The notes beneath the pieces are model-generated. The model was given only the letters and a program-made list of their open reading frames with translations, was not told the origin of the DNA and made no database searches. From Yuukianura sp. NJ FZ-2021 (Eukaryota): a stretch of 64,000 nucleotides of DNA. Each line of letters begins with the position of its first letter. Position 1 is the first letter of the stretch. Below, in pieces: positions 1-13,699 of this stretch. The stretch lies in assembly GCA_046563655.1 (NCBI GenBank), contig CM102285.1:496001-560000 (forward strand), in the 5' to 3' direction. The position numbers and the translations under genes were made by a program.

Positions 1-732
1 GTTTGTTTACATTCAAGTTTTTAAGTTTTAACTTAAATTCTGATTTAAAATTGTTTTAAAACTAACCTATATGGAATGCTGAAAGGGAACGGGAAACTAA
101 TTTTGCGCCGCACCCTAATGCTACTGCAGCAGCGCACCCTCAAAGGCGCGCCCCACTGCCTAGCTCGGGTTTGGGCAGAGGTGTCCACTCCAGCTCCAAA
201 TTCCAAAATTCACCTTTTTCAAAAAATTTTTTTTCCATGATGCACTCTATTTGGGAACACGAAACCTATGCCATTCGATTCAGCACACTCGCGGTGTCCA
301 AATAAGTGAAGTTTCGTATTCCCAATTAGAGTGCATCCAGTTGGGGTGAGCTTTGGAAATCCACCGACCTCCCGTTTGTTTGTTTACATTTTTTTATTTT
401 TTGACAGAAAAGTGTCACTTTAAACTTAATTTAAAACCCTTTTAATTAGTTTTAATAAAATTAAAAAACATACAGCGCACTTCCAAAACGGTCAGTTAAT
501 TGTTTTTTAAATTTTTTATTTGATTTTGTAATGTCGATGCGCATGGGTTTGGCTTTCTTGTGGTGGAATTACCCAAATGCCGTGGAGTCCCAACCTTTGA
601 CACGAGATTCTAAAAAACACAAGAAACAAGGTACGGTAAAACTAGATTGTAAAATTTTAAATAATCCAAGTACTAGTGAAATTTTGTTTGTTCCGTTTTC
701 CAGGGTTTTCGAGTAAGATTTAAAAGTTCGTA

Positions 733-985
733 CCGGTTTCGAGATCGGTCAAGTTGCAACCAATGGCTGACGCAAAAATGGAACTCAATGGAAATGACCC
801 GTTGAAAGACTGCGTAGCTACAAGTTTGTGCAGTATGTCATCAGGATTTGAGGAATGAGATGTCGTGTCCATCATGGACCTGATTTGGTCCCGAAGCCAG
901 GGTGGTTGGACATCTTCGAAGAGACCAAAACACACGGCACTCCCGTCAAGACCCTCGTGGCTGTAGTATCCATTTGTGGTTCTAG
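733..985 (-). CDS. Partial VWA5A C-terminal-domain paralog (copy C); last exon not located, may lie outside the window
   Basis: ORF 720..935 contains DDILHKLVATQSFNGSFPLSSIFASAIGCNLTDLETG, matching the penultimate VWA5A exon, with a GT donor at the equivalent position. 5' and 3' ends are unresolved. Confidence 0.55.
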
Positions 986-1753
986 GAGAGTCATGTCAGA
1001 GTAACCGCCGCCATACGTCTTTAGACCTTTTAATAGTTATAAAGAAAAATGTTTTAGACAATTTTTAAACAAAAATTAAAAAATTTTCACAATTTTTACA
1101 ATTTTTTTTTCAAATTTTCTTCGGTTGTATTTTTTTTTTTAGATTTAAATCCGACTCACCAGATATGCCCCTGAGGACGGTATTCGAATAACGAGCTGCT
1201 GAATGTGCTCCAAACAAGACGGTCTTTGGGGCTATACCTCCTGGAACAAAAAAAGCAACTTGAATAACTGGTTCCGTGCAAAAACAATTTGGTGAAAAAG
1301 TCAAAGTGAGAAGATCAAGCGCATATGAACACCCAGCCTAGCCAAACCTTATTTCAGTTGACCTTTTCACTTTTTGACCTTTGTACTTTTTGATATTTTC
1401 ACTTTTTGAGTAATAGCTGCTCAACTTTGAAACGCTGATTGGCCTTGACCTTGAACCTTGGCCTTTTACAAGTTCGAGGTTCAAGGTCAAACTCAAACAC
1501 TAAAATTTTTTTTCTTTTTTAACATTTCATCAAAGCAAACGTACTAAACACACCAAGTAACGAAAATCAGCGCCAGTTATTTAATTGTTCAAATAAATAA
1601 ATTTTAACAATCTGATTTTTAAAATTTTCTAAACCGAAGTCTAACTGGAGTAAAAATGTGTATTATCATGTTGCAAGCATAGGAAAGACATTTTCAGGCA
1701 AGAAAAGCGTCTACAGTTCATTTCTACTTGGGAGATCGGTGAATCGCTGAATA

Positions 1754-2389
1754 TCATTTCAATTTTGAACAGAACTCGTTTGCTCCAGCGATAACGTCTG
1801 CACCAACCAAATTCTCTTCCAGCCACATCCGGCCTACCGTTGCAGCCAAATTCCAGTAGTATTTCAAATGCGGAAACTTCTTTTCGAAGTACGCAAGTGC
1901 CAGCGCAGTCGCAAAAGCCATTGGATCCCATCCCGCTTTCATCCATACTGCATTTCAAAAATCCAATTTTACAACATTTTTGAAATTTTTTTCAGAAATT
2001 CAAAAATTCAAAGAAAAAAATGTTTACCTGAGTCTATATATGACAGTTTAGCTCCAATGGCTTTTGCAAATCTCTTGTCCGTTGAATAATACCCATCATA
2101 CGACTGAAGTCTTATGAGAACACGAAGCTTTTTGTTCTTAGCCAATGGCGGTGTCGCTTGCGACGACGAAGAAGTTGATTGGTCGAACGGAAACACCTCT
2201 GCACCAATAACAGGGTTCCAGAATCCTATAACACGCGTTTCCTTGCTGGTAAAAGGCTTTCCCGCGACCAGATTCCTTACTCCAGTGGAAAAGGCTATTA
2301 AAAGTAAATAAAAAATAATAAATTGTATAAAAATTATAAAATTATTAAAATGAAAAGTTGAAATTGTTTTAAAACTTACATCGCATCAT
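1754..2389 (-). CDS. Stand-alone VWA5A C-terminal-domain protein, copy B' (~156 aa)
   Basis: Exons 2380-2389, 2028-2294 and 1754-1947 splice in frame with GT-AG: MMRSFSTGVRNL...LIRLQSYDGYY...GWDPMAFATALALAYFEKK...WLEEN. Confidence 0.75.
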
Positions 2390-2874
2390 ATTTGGTAAAG
2401 TTCTCCTTCCGTGCATACACAAACGACACGGCGTACCACGCGACGCTGCTTGTTAAACAAAAATTTTTCGAAAGTCAATGTTTATTTACCAACTTCCTTT
2501 TCGCCCCACGTACTTAAATATTATGTGTAAAATATACAATGGTATCAAAAAAACAAAGGATAAGTGTAACTGTTGAGCAACGCCTTTGCTCAGCATCAAC
2601 TTCCTCGACAGTTCACTTCATCACTAACGGTTTGGTCTACACAACTCAAAAGAAAAAGGACAAGGAAAAACTTGATTTCAGTAGGAATTAAAATACGTTT
2701 ATTCACATTTGGTAACATTAATCACAGATAAAGTATGGTTTTGTATCGAATCGCTGAATTGAAAGAATGATTTTCCCTTTGATCGCGGAATCTTGAAGAA
2801 TAATTTTCTCTCAAATCGCTGAATTGGATGAATGGTTTTCACTCCAATCGCTGATTGTACTTCACATTCATTCC

Positions 2875-3426
2875 TTAGAAGAAAGAGTTAGCTCGATTGA
2901 TGACTTCTTCGCGGACAGCGTTTTTCTCAAGCCATTTCTTCGCTTTCGCAGCCACCAACTCCCACGATTCTTTCAAATGCTTCAGTTTTTGCTCAAAGTA
3001 GGTAAGAGCCAAAGCAGTTCCAAAAGCAGCAGTATCCCATCCGTTTATATCTCACTCTGAAAAAATAAAAAGTAACACAGTTTTTCAAATTGTATTTCAA
3101 AAAAATATTTTTTGAATGTACCCGCTTTCAAATCCTTCAACTTGGATCCAATGGCATCAGCAAATGACTGCGTCAGTGGAAACGAACCATCAAAAGACTG
3201 AGTGGCCACTATAGCATGGAGTGACTTTTCCCCAGAACTTGACGGATTTTCTGACGATGACGAATCGGTAGACGAAGCTTGTCGTGTCGTCAAACTTTTT
3301 GTTCCAGTTGTAAAATCTAAAACAACAAAACACAATTAAATTAATTTAACATTCAATTAACAATAACAATAAAAACTTCTATTAAAGTAAGCTTAAGCAA
3401 TTTTAGTGTATCTTACTTTGGAACAT
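2875..3426 (-). pseudogene. VWA5A C-terminal-domain paralog, copy A', with an in-frame TGA
   Basis: Exons 3417-3426, 3122-3316 and 2875-3056. TGA at 3052-3054 sits where copy A has TGC (Cys); the frame downstream is otherwise intact. Confidence 0.65.
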
Positions 3427-3649
3427 TTTCGTCACTCGTGATTTTAACTTCGAACTTTCTAAACAAGTTGTTTATTTTTTTTTATAACATATTTTTCCAA
3501 ATAACTTCCAATTTCTTTAAAAAGTCAAACACTGTAGAAAAATTTAGAAATGGAAATGAATACTTTGTGAACATACTGTATTCTGGGTCCAAACATAACT
3601 ACGTTTGAAGCGTAGCCTCCTCCTAAGTGAAAAAAAAACATGAGTAAAT

Positions 3650-3918
3650 GGTTCCATGTAATTTGGTCAAAAACAATTTAGTCAAAAAGTAAACAGGTCA
3701 CAAAGTGAGAAGATCAAACACAAGAAATCCTACCATATGCCTAACCAAACCCAAAACCTGCTAATTTAGGAGTTGACATTTTGACTTTTTCACTTTTTTT
3801 ATAAAATTATTTTGACCATTTCACCTGCTACGGGGTATTGCGGTAGCTGTAGGCTTGGTTTTCTTATGGTTGATCACATTTTGACCAAGTTGTTTTTGAC
3901 CATGTTACAATTTAACCA
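3650..3918. mobile_element. MITE-like inverted-repeat element
   Basis: Left ggttccatgtaatttggtcaaaaacaa is approximately mirrored by ttgtttttgaccatgttacaatttaacc; related sequence near 1270-1420. Confidence 0.45.
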
Positions 3919-4212
3919 GTGGCTGTTGAGATTTTCCACATTCATTGACTTGACCTCGAAAATGGGAGATCAAAGAAAGGTCAAACTCAGTTATTCATAA
4001 AATGAAATTCGATTTATTCTGCAAATGAACGTTTTGTAACATAAATTATTTTTGAATTATAGTGAAATTAAGGCACCCAATTTAAATTACGATTGTTATA
4101 AGTTAAAAGGCCGTAAAGCTTTAGTAATATTGTGTTGGCAAGCACGTTGGTTTCTGGCAAGAAAAGCGTCTACAATTCATTTCTACTTGGGAAATCGCTG
4201 AATCGCTGAATT

Positions 4213-4860
4213 TCAGTTCAAGTTTGAACAGAACTCGTTTGCTCCAATGATGATTTCTGCGCCAACCGAATTCTTTTGCAGCCACTTCTTGGCTTTTGCT
4301 GCAACCAACTCCCATGATTCTTCCAAATGCTTCAGTTTTTGCTCGAAGTAAGCAAGGGCCAGCGCAGTCGCAAAAGCAGTAGTGTTCCATCCCGTTTTCT
4401 TGCATTCTAAATTTCAAAAACAAAAATTTGAGACCAATTTCAAAAATATTTTCGAAATTGAAAAAAGTTTACCTAATTCCATGTAGGACAGTTTAGCTTC
4501 GACGACTTTTGCCAATTTGTCGTTCAGTGGAAAAGAACCATCGAAAAACTGAAGTGCTATGAGAGCATGAAGCGTGTTGTCGTCATGCAAAGGCGTTGTT
4601 TCTTGCGACAACGCAGAAGTCGATTTGTCGACATCTGACAACGCAGAAGTGGATTGGTCGGCATGCAACAAATCGGCACCAATAACACTATCGTTCGAAT
4701 GAAGAACGTTGGATTCCTTTGTAGTAAAATGCTTCCCCAAATTTCTTATTCCAGTGGAAATAGCTATCAAAAGTAAATCAAAAAATATAAATTGTCTAAA
4801 ACCTATAAAATATTGAAATCAAAAAGTGTTAAAACTGGCGTAAATCTTACATTGAAACAT
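4213..4860 (-). CDS. Stand-alone VWA5A C-terminal-domain protein, copy B (~164 aa)
   Basis: Exons 4851-4860, 4473-4763 and 4213-4406 in frame: MFQSISTGIRNLGKHF...LIALQFFDGSF...TALALAYFEQKL...WELVAAKAKKWL. Confidence 0.78.
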
Positions 4861-5333
4861 CTTTGGCAAAGATCTCCGCCGAAGACATTTTTTCGTACCA
4901 TCAATAAGAGAACACGACCCTGTTTGTAAATTACAAAATTTTCACAAAGTTAATGCTTATTTACTAACTTCATTTTTTCTTTCACCGCAATATTTAAATA
5001 TATTTACTGTAAAAAATAAAATGGTATAAAAATACAAAAGGAAAAAGTGTAACATTCCTACACCGACTTTTTTTGCTCAACAACAAATTCGTCGACAGTT
5101 CACTTCATCAAAACCCTTTTGGTCAACACAACTCAAAAAAACGGACAGGAAAAATCACCATTAAGAATTAAAATACTTTTTATTCACATTCGGTAATTTC
5201 AATCACAGATAAAGTATGGTTTTGAATCAAATCGCTGGATACAGAAGTGTTTGTGCTTTATTTCAATCGCTGAATTGGAAGAATGCTTTTCACTCCAATT
5301 CTTGATTGATGATTGCAGTTCGCATGAATCGGT

Positions 5334-5896
5334 TTAGAAGAAAGAGTTGGCTCGATTGATGACTTCTGCGCTGACAGCGTTTTTCTCTAGCCATTTTCTT
5401 GCTTTCGCTGCAACCAACTCCCACGATTCCTTCAAATGCTTCAGTTTTTGCTCTAAGTACGCAAGAGCCAACGCAGTTCCAAATCCAGCAGCATCCCATC
5501 CGTTTTTATCGCACTCTGAAAAAAATAAGAAGGAAAACTGCATGTGTTTCAAATTCTATTTAAAAAAAAACATTTTTTTGAATGTACCCGCTTTCAATTG
5601 CTTCAACTTGGCTCCAATAGCATCAGCAAATGACTGCGTCAGTGGAAACGATCCATCAAAAGACTGAGTTGCCACTAAAGCATGGAGTGACTTTTCCTCA
5701 GAACTTGACGGATTTTCTGACGAATCAATAGTTGAAGAGTCTCGTGTCGTCAAACGTTTTATTCCACTTGTAAAATCTAAAACAACAAAACACAATTAAA
5801 CTGGTTTAGCATTCAGTTAACTTAATAATTAATTTAACTTCAGTTACAGTAAACTTAAGCAATTCAGCGTGTCTTACTTTTAAGCATTTTCGTCAT
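5334..5896 (-). CDS. Stand-alone VWA5A C-terminal-domain protein, copy A (~129 aa)
   Basis: Exons 5878-5896, 5588-5776 and 5334-5515 in frame: MTKMLKNFTSGIKRL...LVATQSFDGSF...GWDAAGFGTALALAYLEQK...WLEKN. Confidence 0.78.
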
Positions 5897-7012
5897 TCCT
5901 GATCCTGAAAAGTTTTTTTGTTTAAACAAGTTCGTTAATTTTTTATAAAAGATTTATCAAAATAACTGCTAATTTCTTGGCAGCAAGACTTTAAAAAATT
6001 TAAAAATGGAAATGGATACAATGTTGTGGGCATACTGGATTCCGAGTACGAACCGTCTACTGCTTCACCGAATTTGCCAACGGGAGCACATTTTCTTGTT
6101 GGTTCACATCTATCCACTGTGGAAAGTGTAAAAGTAAAAGTTACAAGTCAATCAAACTAAAAGTTAAAACTCAATTAAAGTAAAATTTAACTAAACAACA
6201 CCGTTCAACTCAGCCGACGCACAGAAAAGCAATGTAACAAAACACGCAACCTGAGAAAACGCACAAAACAAACTGGCATTCCAAATTAAAAAAAAAGTTC
6301 TTGTGAACATTCGCGCCAACGGCTGTAACTTACTACTGCAGGCGACTTCATCTGTGTCTAACATATAACATCTAAGTGCTCCTCCCGTTCGAAACTTCAG
6401 ACCACTTTTTTTTGATAAATCTGTTCAAGAATTTAAAAAAAAGCAGTGCAGTTAGTTGAGTTAGTAAAAGTTGTTTAAAAGTTAGTTTAGTTAAGCAACG
6501 CAAATAAGCATAGCGACTTTCCAGAAACTTTGTTCCGAATCCCCCACATTCCCAACCCGAGAATTCCCCAAAACCCCCACCAGAAATCCCCAAAACCCAC
6601 ACCTGAAAAATCCCCACAATGAAGAAAGTTAATTAACACTTTTACTTTGAACTTTTAATTACGTTAACTGTTGATCATTTTCTTAAAATCCTACAAATAC
6701 TGGCTACAATTAACAAGAGAGTCTGTCGTGGCAAGAATACTGTTTACATTTAATTCGGCAGCATCAAAGTACATTTTTTGTTCAATAGTAAATACCTCTT
6801 ACGTTAGACTGCCGTTCAAATTGTTTGTACTGCCAAATATTAAACAAAGTTTTAACAATCTTTCAAATTAAACAAAAATAGGCATTGAATTTCAGGTAAA
6901 ACAATTTAAGACTTTGTAAAAGCAAATAGACCATTCTATCTTATTGCTAGCAAGCCCCTCCACCAATCAGCACCGCTGATTTACACGGGCAGCAGAAATC
7001 GCTGCTTGCTTC

Positions 7013-10000
7013 TTAGTTCAGTGAGGAGAGGAACGACGCTGCTCCAGCCAGGATTTGATCCTGTTCTGCTGGAAATGCCTTGGCCAGCCACTTTTTGGCT
7101 TTCGATGCCACCAACTCCCACGAATCTTTCAAATCTCCAAGTTTTTGATCCAAGTAGGCCAGTGCCAATGCTGTTCCAAATGCTGTTTTATCCCAACTTT
7201 TGGCTTCAGCCGCTGTTTAAAAAAGAAAAACTGTAAACTCTTTCTCCAAAATCGTTTTTACAAAGTATTTCAAAGTTTTACAAGTTTTGCACAACTTACC
7301 AGCTTCCAATGCTGCCAATGTACTGCCAATGACTTGTGCAAATTCTTCTGTGAGTGGAAAAGACCCATTGAATGACTGTTTAGACACAAGTTTGTGCAGC
7401 GGATCATCCTGAACAGCGTTACTTTCCCCTCCATCATCCTCATCGACGTCCATAGCCATAGCATTAGTAGCACTGTCCATATCAGCTGAACGACGAGCTC
7501 GAGATTTTTCTAATACAAAAGAAAATTACAATTAAAAATTATGTTAGAAACACTTGTCTTTGTTCAAAATTCAATTGCCAAAACTTACTGCATTTCCTCA
7601 CAACGCCACCAGTGGCAGCCACCCTACTTTGTAGTGAAGGACCTCCCTCTGCAAAAAAAATTTCGTTGTTAGATTATTTCCAATCTTAAATCTTAGAAAG
7701 TAAAAAGTAAAAAATGTTTAGTTAACTTACTTGCTATGGGCGATGCCATACACGCAGCCATCATCGGTCTCGCAGACTTTGCTCTGTAACCACCTACACA
7801 AGAATCAGATGGAAAATCAGCAACCGGACCGTCAGGATCATCGAAACTAAACACTTCGTTTTCACTGACACAACCAGACATAGGTTGGATAGGTGCTGAT
7901 GCTGGACAACCAAAAGCAACTGACCCAAACACAGGAGCGATTAACGATTGGGTTGGAATCGCTGATTGTGTTTGGCTACTAAACGAAAAGCATGAGCCAG
8001 ACAGTACTTGGTTACTGGGACCACCGAATAGCGTTTGATTGGCAGCACCAAAACTACTCATGGGTGGAGGTGGACATGGCGGGGGCGCTGAGGCGCCAAA
8101 ACTGAAACTTGATCTCTGATGGCCTTGGAATAAGGGCCCAGCGGGTCCCCCAAATAGTGCACCCCCCGGGGGTATTCGCAAGCAACTAGTTGTCATACCC
8201 AGCATTGGCTGCATTCCTCCGTGCCATCCATGGGCAATCTGAGAAGCGACGTAGCGAGTTTGCATCACCCAGTTCTCATTGTTCGTCGTATCTCCTGAAT
8301 CCACTGCCACAAACGAAGTATACTTTGATCCAACTCCTGAAAAAACAAAAAAGGTTTAAATAAATCCCCTGTAAAAGGTCAAGTTTTTAAAAAATACAGC
8401 ATTGCAAAATGTTTTTTTCAAAAATCCAGGTATTCCAAAAAGTTTTTGAAAAATTATGGTTTTACGAACCATGCTTGACAGAGAGTTCGGTAATCTCCTT
8501 CTTCAGAGTCTCCTCGGTCTTCTTGCTCTCGCCAGCATTGTCAGAAACGTATCCAAGTGCAGCCACTTCCATTTCCAACTCACGAATCATCTTCACTGCT
8601 GCCAACTTGTGGATCATTCCAGTCGTGCCCAAGTCATTCTTCTCATCCAGCTAAAAATATCAAATAAAATCAAAGCTCAAAGTATCAGTTAGCAAGTTAA
8701 TTAGCAAGTTAGAAAGTTCATCTCCAGTTTTATAAGCAAAAAAAAAAACAACTATTACGACACAATTTGCATCAAAATCATGATAGTTTCAACTAAACTT
8801 ACTTTAATCTCAACAGAAAGTTGTCCATCGGGAGACTGAGCAGTGATTTTAGCAGCAGTTGGAACTTCGGTAGAGAAAAGTCCGAAGACGAGCAGTTGTG
8901 ATCCGTCGTAAATCGGAGGAACTTTGTTCGGTACTTGGCTAAATGTCGGTTTCGGCTGCTCAGAAGCCGGAGCAATTGGTTTTCCATAACCAAGCAGAGT
9001 CTTCTCTTTGTTAATCTCAACTGGCTGTGATTGCATTGGTTCTGAGACTCCGGTCCAGGCAAATTCCACGTCTAAATTAAAAATTAATCACCTTTTAGCA
9101 TTCATCATTAAACTTAAAAGTAAAACTTTTCAAATTTTTCAAAATTCTTCCTACTTACCCATCAATGAAGGCTGAATTGCGTTCTTAAGTTGATGCAAAA
9201 CTTTGGTCTCGATCTTTTCTTGGTAGGTGACGAAAGTTGCCGTGCCGCCTCCAGCCTCTGACAGTCCCTCGACCAAGTGATGTGACGATGCATCACCAAT
9301 TCCAAGTGAAAAGAGGCGTCCAGAGTGCGCATGAGCCTTGACGAGGCCAATCACTTGGTCAGTGTTCGACACTTCGCCATCGGTCAGCACGAAAATCTGA
9401 CGAAGATATCCAGGGATAAGCTTCTTCTCATAGACGGCTTTCAGTGGTGCGTAAATCTCAGTTCCTCCCAGATTGGCTTGCAATTCTACAAGATAAAAAC
9501 ATGATAAAAGTTACTCTGAGATATTTTAACCCGAGCCACATAAAATACTGTTTGTGGTATAAGATCTGAGATATAGACTATCGAGGTATCTCGATATCGC
9601 AAGTTATCCAGAATTATTAATCTTACGTGAAGCATGGGCGACCGCCTTCTTCAGGGATCCATCGTCATACTTGACACTCTCCGGAAACAGAAACTCAAAG
9701 CTACTGCCAAACCCCACGATATTGAAGTAACAATCAACTGGAGCGGAATGCAGAAACAGCTGTTGACAAGAAATTTTAATTAAAATAAGATTAATCATTG
9801 TTCATTAATCATAGTTTGCTCGATTAATCGTTAATTAGCTTAGTTTGATTCCAAAAATGTTGACTTACAACCAGTGCTTTCTTAGCCAAATCAATACTTT
9901 GGCCCATCATAGATCCAGATCGATCCAGCACAAAAATAAGTTCCACTTTCTGTTCATCCAAGTTGAAACTCGGAATGAGGTGGGTCATGACAGCCGTGGT

Positions 10001-11334
10001 TCCTTCGAATTTCTAAAAGCAACCACAAAGTTTCCGTGATGAAAGCAATTTTTCAAAAATCAAATCAAAATGTCAACATCATGCCAAATTGTATGCTAAA
10101 AACGAACCTCAGAGTAGAGCCGAGGAACATGAACGTCTTCTGGAGTAACGAGAAGCACAAAATCTCTGTCCATGTCAGTGGTCTTGCCAGTTAACTCCAC
10201 AATTCCACGAGTCCATTCCGGCTTTTCAGGAATTGCCGCCTTTTCCACAGTTTTTACAGAGTGGGTAGGCGATTCGATAGTCTTGATTCCACCTTGGAGC
10301 GAAACGTTGACACGGATGGACAATGGTGCTGGAGTGGATCTGTATGATTAATAACAAACGATGATTAATAACAAATGACGAATAAAAACACAGATGACTC
10401 CTAATCTAAATCTTTCAAAAACGATCAGATGGTGTGACTCCTTATCACATGCCAATGCCATATATGTCGTCATGAGTTCAAAATTATGTTCATGTTCATA
10501 ATTTGGAATTTCAGAATTAGCATGGTTCAAACACGATAAAAATCGTTACTTACTCAGAGAACTTCATGTTCTTAAGGTCCAGTGACTTCACGTCCGTCTC
10601 CGTAGGAGGAATGTAGCGAGGAGCCACAGTGGTAGGCAAGAAGAATCGAATTGCGTTAGACTCCTTCTCATTCTTAACTTCCGTGACATAGCCAATGACC
10701 ACTTTTACTTCAGTGCCTGGCTTCAGGTAACCAATCTTCACCTGTAAAAGTTAAAAGTCAAAAGTTAAATTACAGTTTATCTGCATCTCATAATTGCAAA
10801 TAAGCTGCTCATGAACTAATCGTAGAAGATTTTACCTTGAAGATATCAGGTTTGTTAGATTCTCCTAGAAAAGCTGTCTGTTTCTGTGCAACTGCTTTCT
10901 CATACTGCTCTTTAGCCTCTTCTTGCGGCTTCACAACTCCCTAAGAACAGATCAATTAGCTTATTAATCATGTCAATTAGCTTGTAAAGGCATGCCAGTT
11001 ACATCTTTTACATAAGAATGAATCATAAGGAATGAATAATCATAATCATTACGGTAATAGTTCGGCCTTCCAGTTCAGCATGGAAGTGAGTGACAGCTCC
11101 GTTGGAGTCGACTGGGAAGTAGTAAATGGCTTCAATTGGTTGATCCTCCTTGTTGACATAGACTTGTGTCAACTCCACTTGGGCCACGGCATGGACAACT
11201 GATGCAACGACATTGACAGACGTCAAAGGAACGGGTGCTGTACGATCCGGATCCCAGTCGTTAGGTTTCGGCAGGAGGACGATGAGGCCGCACTCGACAT
11301 GGTCATACTTCCCAAACTTGTTACCGAAAGCCAT
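7013..11334 (-). CDS. VWA5A: von Willebrand factor A domain-containing protein 5A-like (VIT + vWA + low-complexity linker + C-terminal helical domain), about 13 coding exons
   Basis: VIT domain (VELTQVYVNKEDQPIEAIYYFP), MIDAS motif FVLDRSGSM (~9870-10010), ANLGGTEI...IFVLTDGEV...FSLGIG, C-terminal QSFNGSF and TALALAYL...WELVASKAKKWL; stop at 7013-7015. Confidence 0.93.
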
Positions 11335-11692
11335 CGTCCTGAAACAATGACCATAACAAGGATTCATCATTTAGTAAATTGAAAAGATCAAATATGATAA
11401 TGCATATGCATGAGCATGCCCAATTAACTCAATTAGGTTAGCATGATATAACTACTCAATTACTGTCTAACGTCTCCAATTACTCAATTACTTACTTTCC
11501 AGCACTGGACGACATCTTGTCGACAGTAGTTTTACTCTTTGGTGATTGTTGAAGTTAAGTACAGTACTTTCGATAAAATTGAACGATTAGTTGCTTTAGT
11601 TTGATTATCGCCAGTTTGCTTCGATTACAAAACGTTTTTGGTGTAGAGATGAGGTTGAGGTGAGGTTACGTTCTCGACGAATGCAAAATTGG

Positions 11693-11728
11693 AACTGACA
11701 GGAAAGGCGGCCGCCTCACTTATTTATA
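11693..11728 (-). promoter_or_regulatory. TATA box plus arthropod initiator (TCAGTT) core promoter of the VWA5A gene
   Basis: Minus-strand TATAAA at 11728-11723 and TCAGTT at 11698-11693, about 30 bp apart, upstream of a non-coding first exon. Confidence 0.65.
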
Positions 11729-13699
11729 ACCTTGACGCTAGCCGTCTCTCGGCTGTGCAAAAATTGTGCAAAAACGAAAAGCTGTTTTCAGCTTTCCGCG
11801 AATTGCAGTCTATTTGCACAGGATGAGGATTGAGGATGAGAGGGAGAGGGAATGAGTCACGTACTCAAAATACAAAATTACTGCAAAACGTCACGAAAAA
11901 AGAAAACAAAAAATTCTTCGGCCTTCTTATCACCTGTTTTGTTTCATTTTCTAACATCTAAACAAAAATTTCGTTCAGTTTACAATGTAGACTTTACATT
12001 CATTTTAGCTAAAAACCAAGCATATAAATAGCACTGGAATTTCCTGTGCGATTTTGAAGTAGCGGTAAACGACTTTGTTAAAAGTGTTTTTAAAAGTTTT
12101 GATGCAAAACAGGATATAGTAACTACAGATAAAATGACACTTGAAATGAATGTTTTCCAAGATAAGAGTGAGATAAACCCTTATCTTGCTATCTCGACGT
12201 GGACAGGATAACGATGAGTAATTAACGAATAGTTCAAAGATTATTCATCCATCTCCTCTCATACGTTGAAAAAAAAAGTGGGCGTAGCGTAAAAGATTAT
12301 TGTATTTGTTTACATTTTTTCAATGTCAAGTTTGAATTTCGCGCGGAAGTTTTTCTTTTAAAAAAAGTCTCATCTTGCCCCTTGTTATAAAAGAGTTGTG
12401 AAGTACTAACAATTTGTTTTGCATCTTTTCAATTGCATTTTACACAATTTTTTTTAAAAAAAATTTCTTTTTACTCTTTTCGAAATTTCAATTAGAGTAA
12501 ATTTTTTATTTTCGTTGATTTTTGAGAATTTCTTGTTCCTTCTTTGAAATACTTTTTCAGAAGAGGAAACGTGAACCACAAATGGATTTTAGATTTCATC
12601 ACAATTTAGTACGTGTTAAGTTTAAGTTAATGAGTAAGATTATTTATAATTAGAAAATGAATAATTATATAATTTAACTAAACTAAACTTAATTAAAATT
12701 TAAATATTTAAAAACCACTAAATATTCAAATTAAACCAAGTTTTAGTTGCAATTTACGTTTTAAGTATTTTTGAAAATTCCAGTAGTATTTTGACCTCTG
12801 ACACCCCCCATAACTTTATAAACCAAGAGACATGCATTTAACCATGCTCTTAAAGCATAAATATTTTAACATGCTCAAACAGTAATTAGTTAATTAATTA
12901 ACTTAACTAATTAACATTTCCAAGCTCTTAGACGGTTTTAAGTTAGGTAAATGTTAGGTTAATAAGTCGTTATTATTGAAGGATTTTTTGACCAAGGTCA
13001 TCAAACACAAGTTCAACTTTGACCAAAGTTCAAGAGTATTCAAACAGACAAGAATTTTCAAAATTCACTTTCGTCTAACTTTTTAAAACAGAGAAATTTG
13101 AACAGGTTTTGTCTTTTTTAAGGTTATTTTAAGTTAGGCTAACAACCTAACCTAAAATCTTCTTAACAACCAGTAAAATTTTCTTAAACGGAAGCTCATT
13201 TCATGAGGACAAAATATTATGTACTTCAATATTGTAATCTAGTTTATACACCCTTGATTTTTGTAGTTAGGCTAAAAACCTAACGTAATTCTAATCTAAT
13301 CTATCATTAGGCTAACATTAGGCTAACCATCTTACTTACTACCATGCAAAAAGAAAATACTCCGGTGACCTTTGACCTCAATTCTACTTCCATTCAAAAT
13401 TGGCTTTCTTTAGCAGCACCACCAAGATTCCATCACATTCAAAATTTCTAAAAACAGAATCAAACGAAATCTTCACGAAAAGACTACACTACGTGTACTA
13501 GCTGAACATATTATAAAAAAAACAAGAAAAAAAAACTAACCTCAAAGAAACTAAAATTTCAAAAACTCGTTGTAGACTGACTATCATTACCACTTCTATT
13601 TCTACACATACGTACGCTTTCTTTTTTGAAATTTCGAACTAAAAGATACTGGAATGTTTGCATTTTGAGATGCCGACGCTGTATTATATCAATCCAGGA

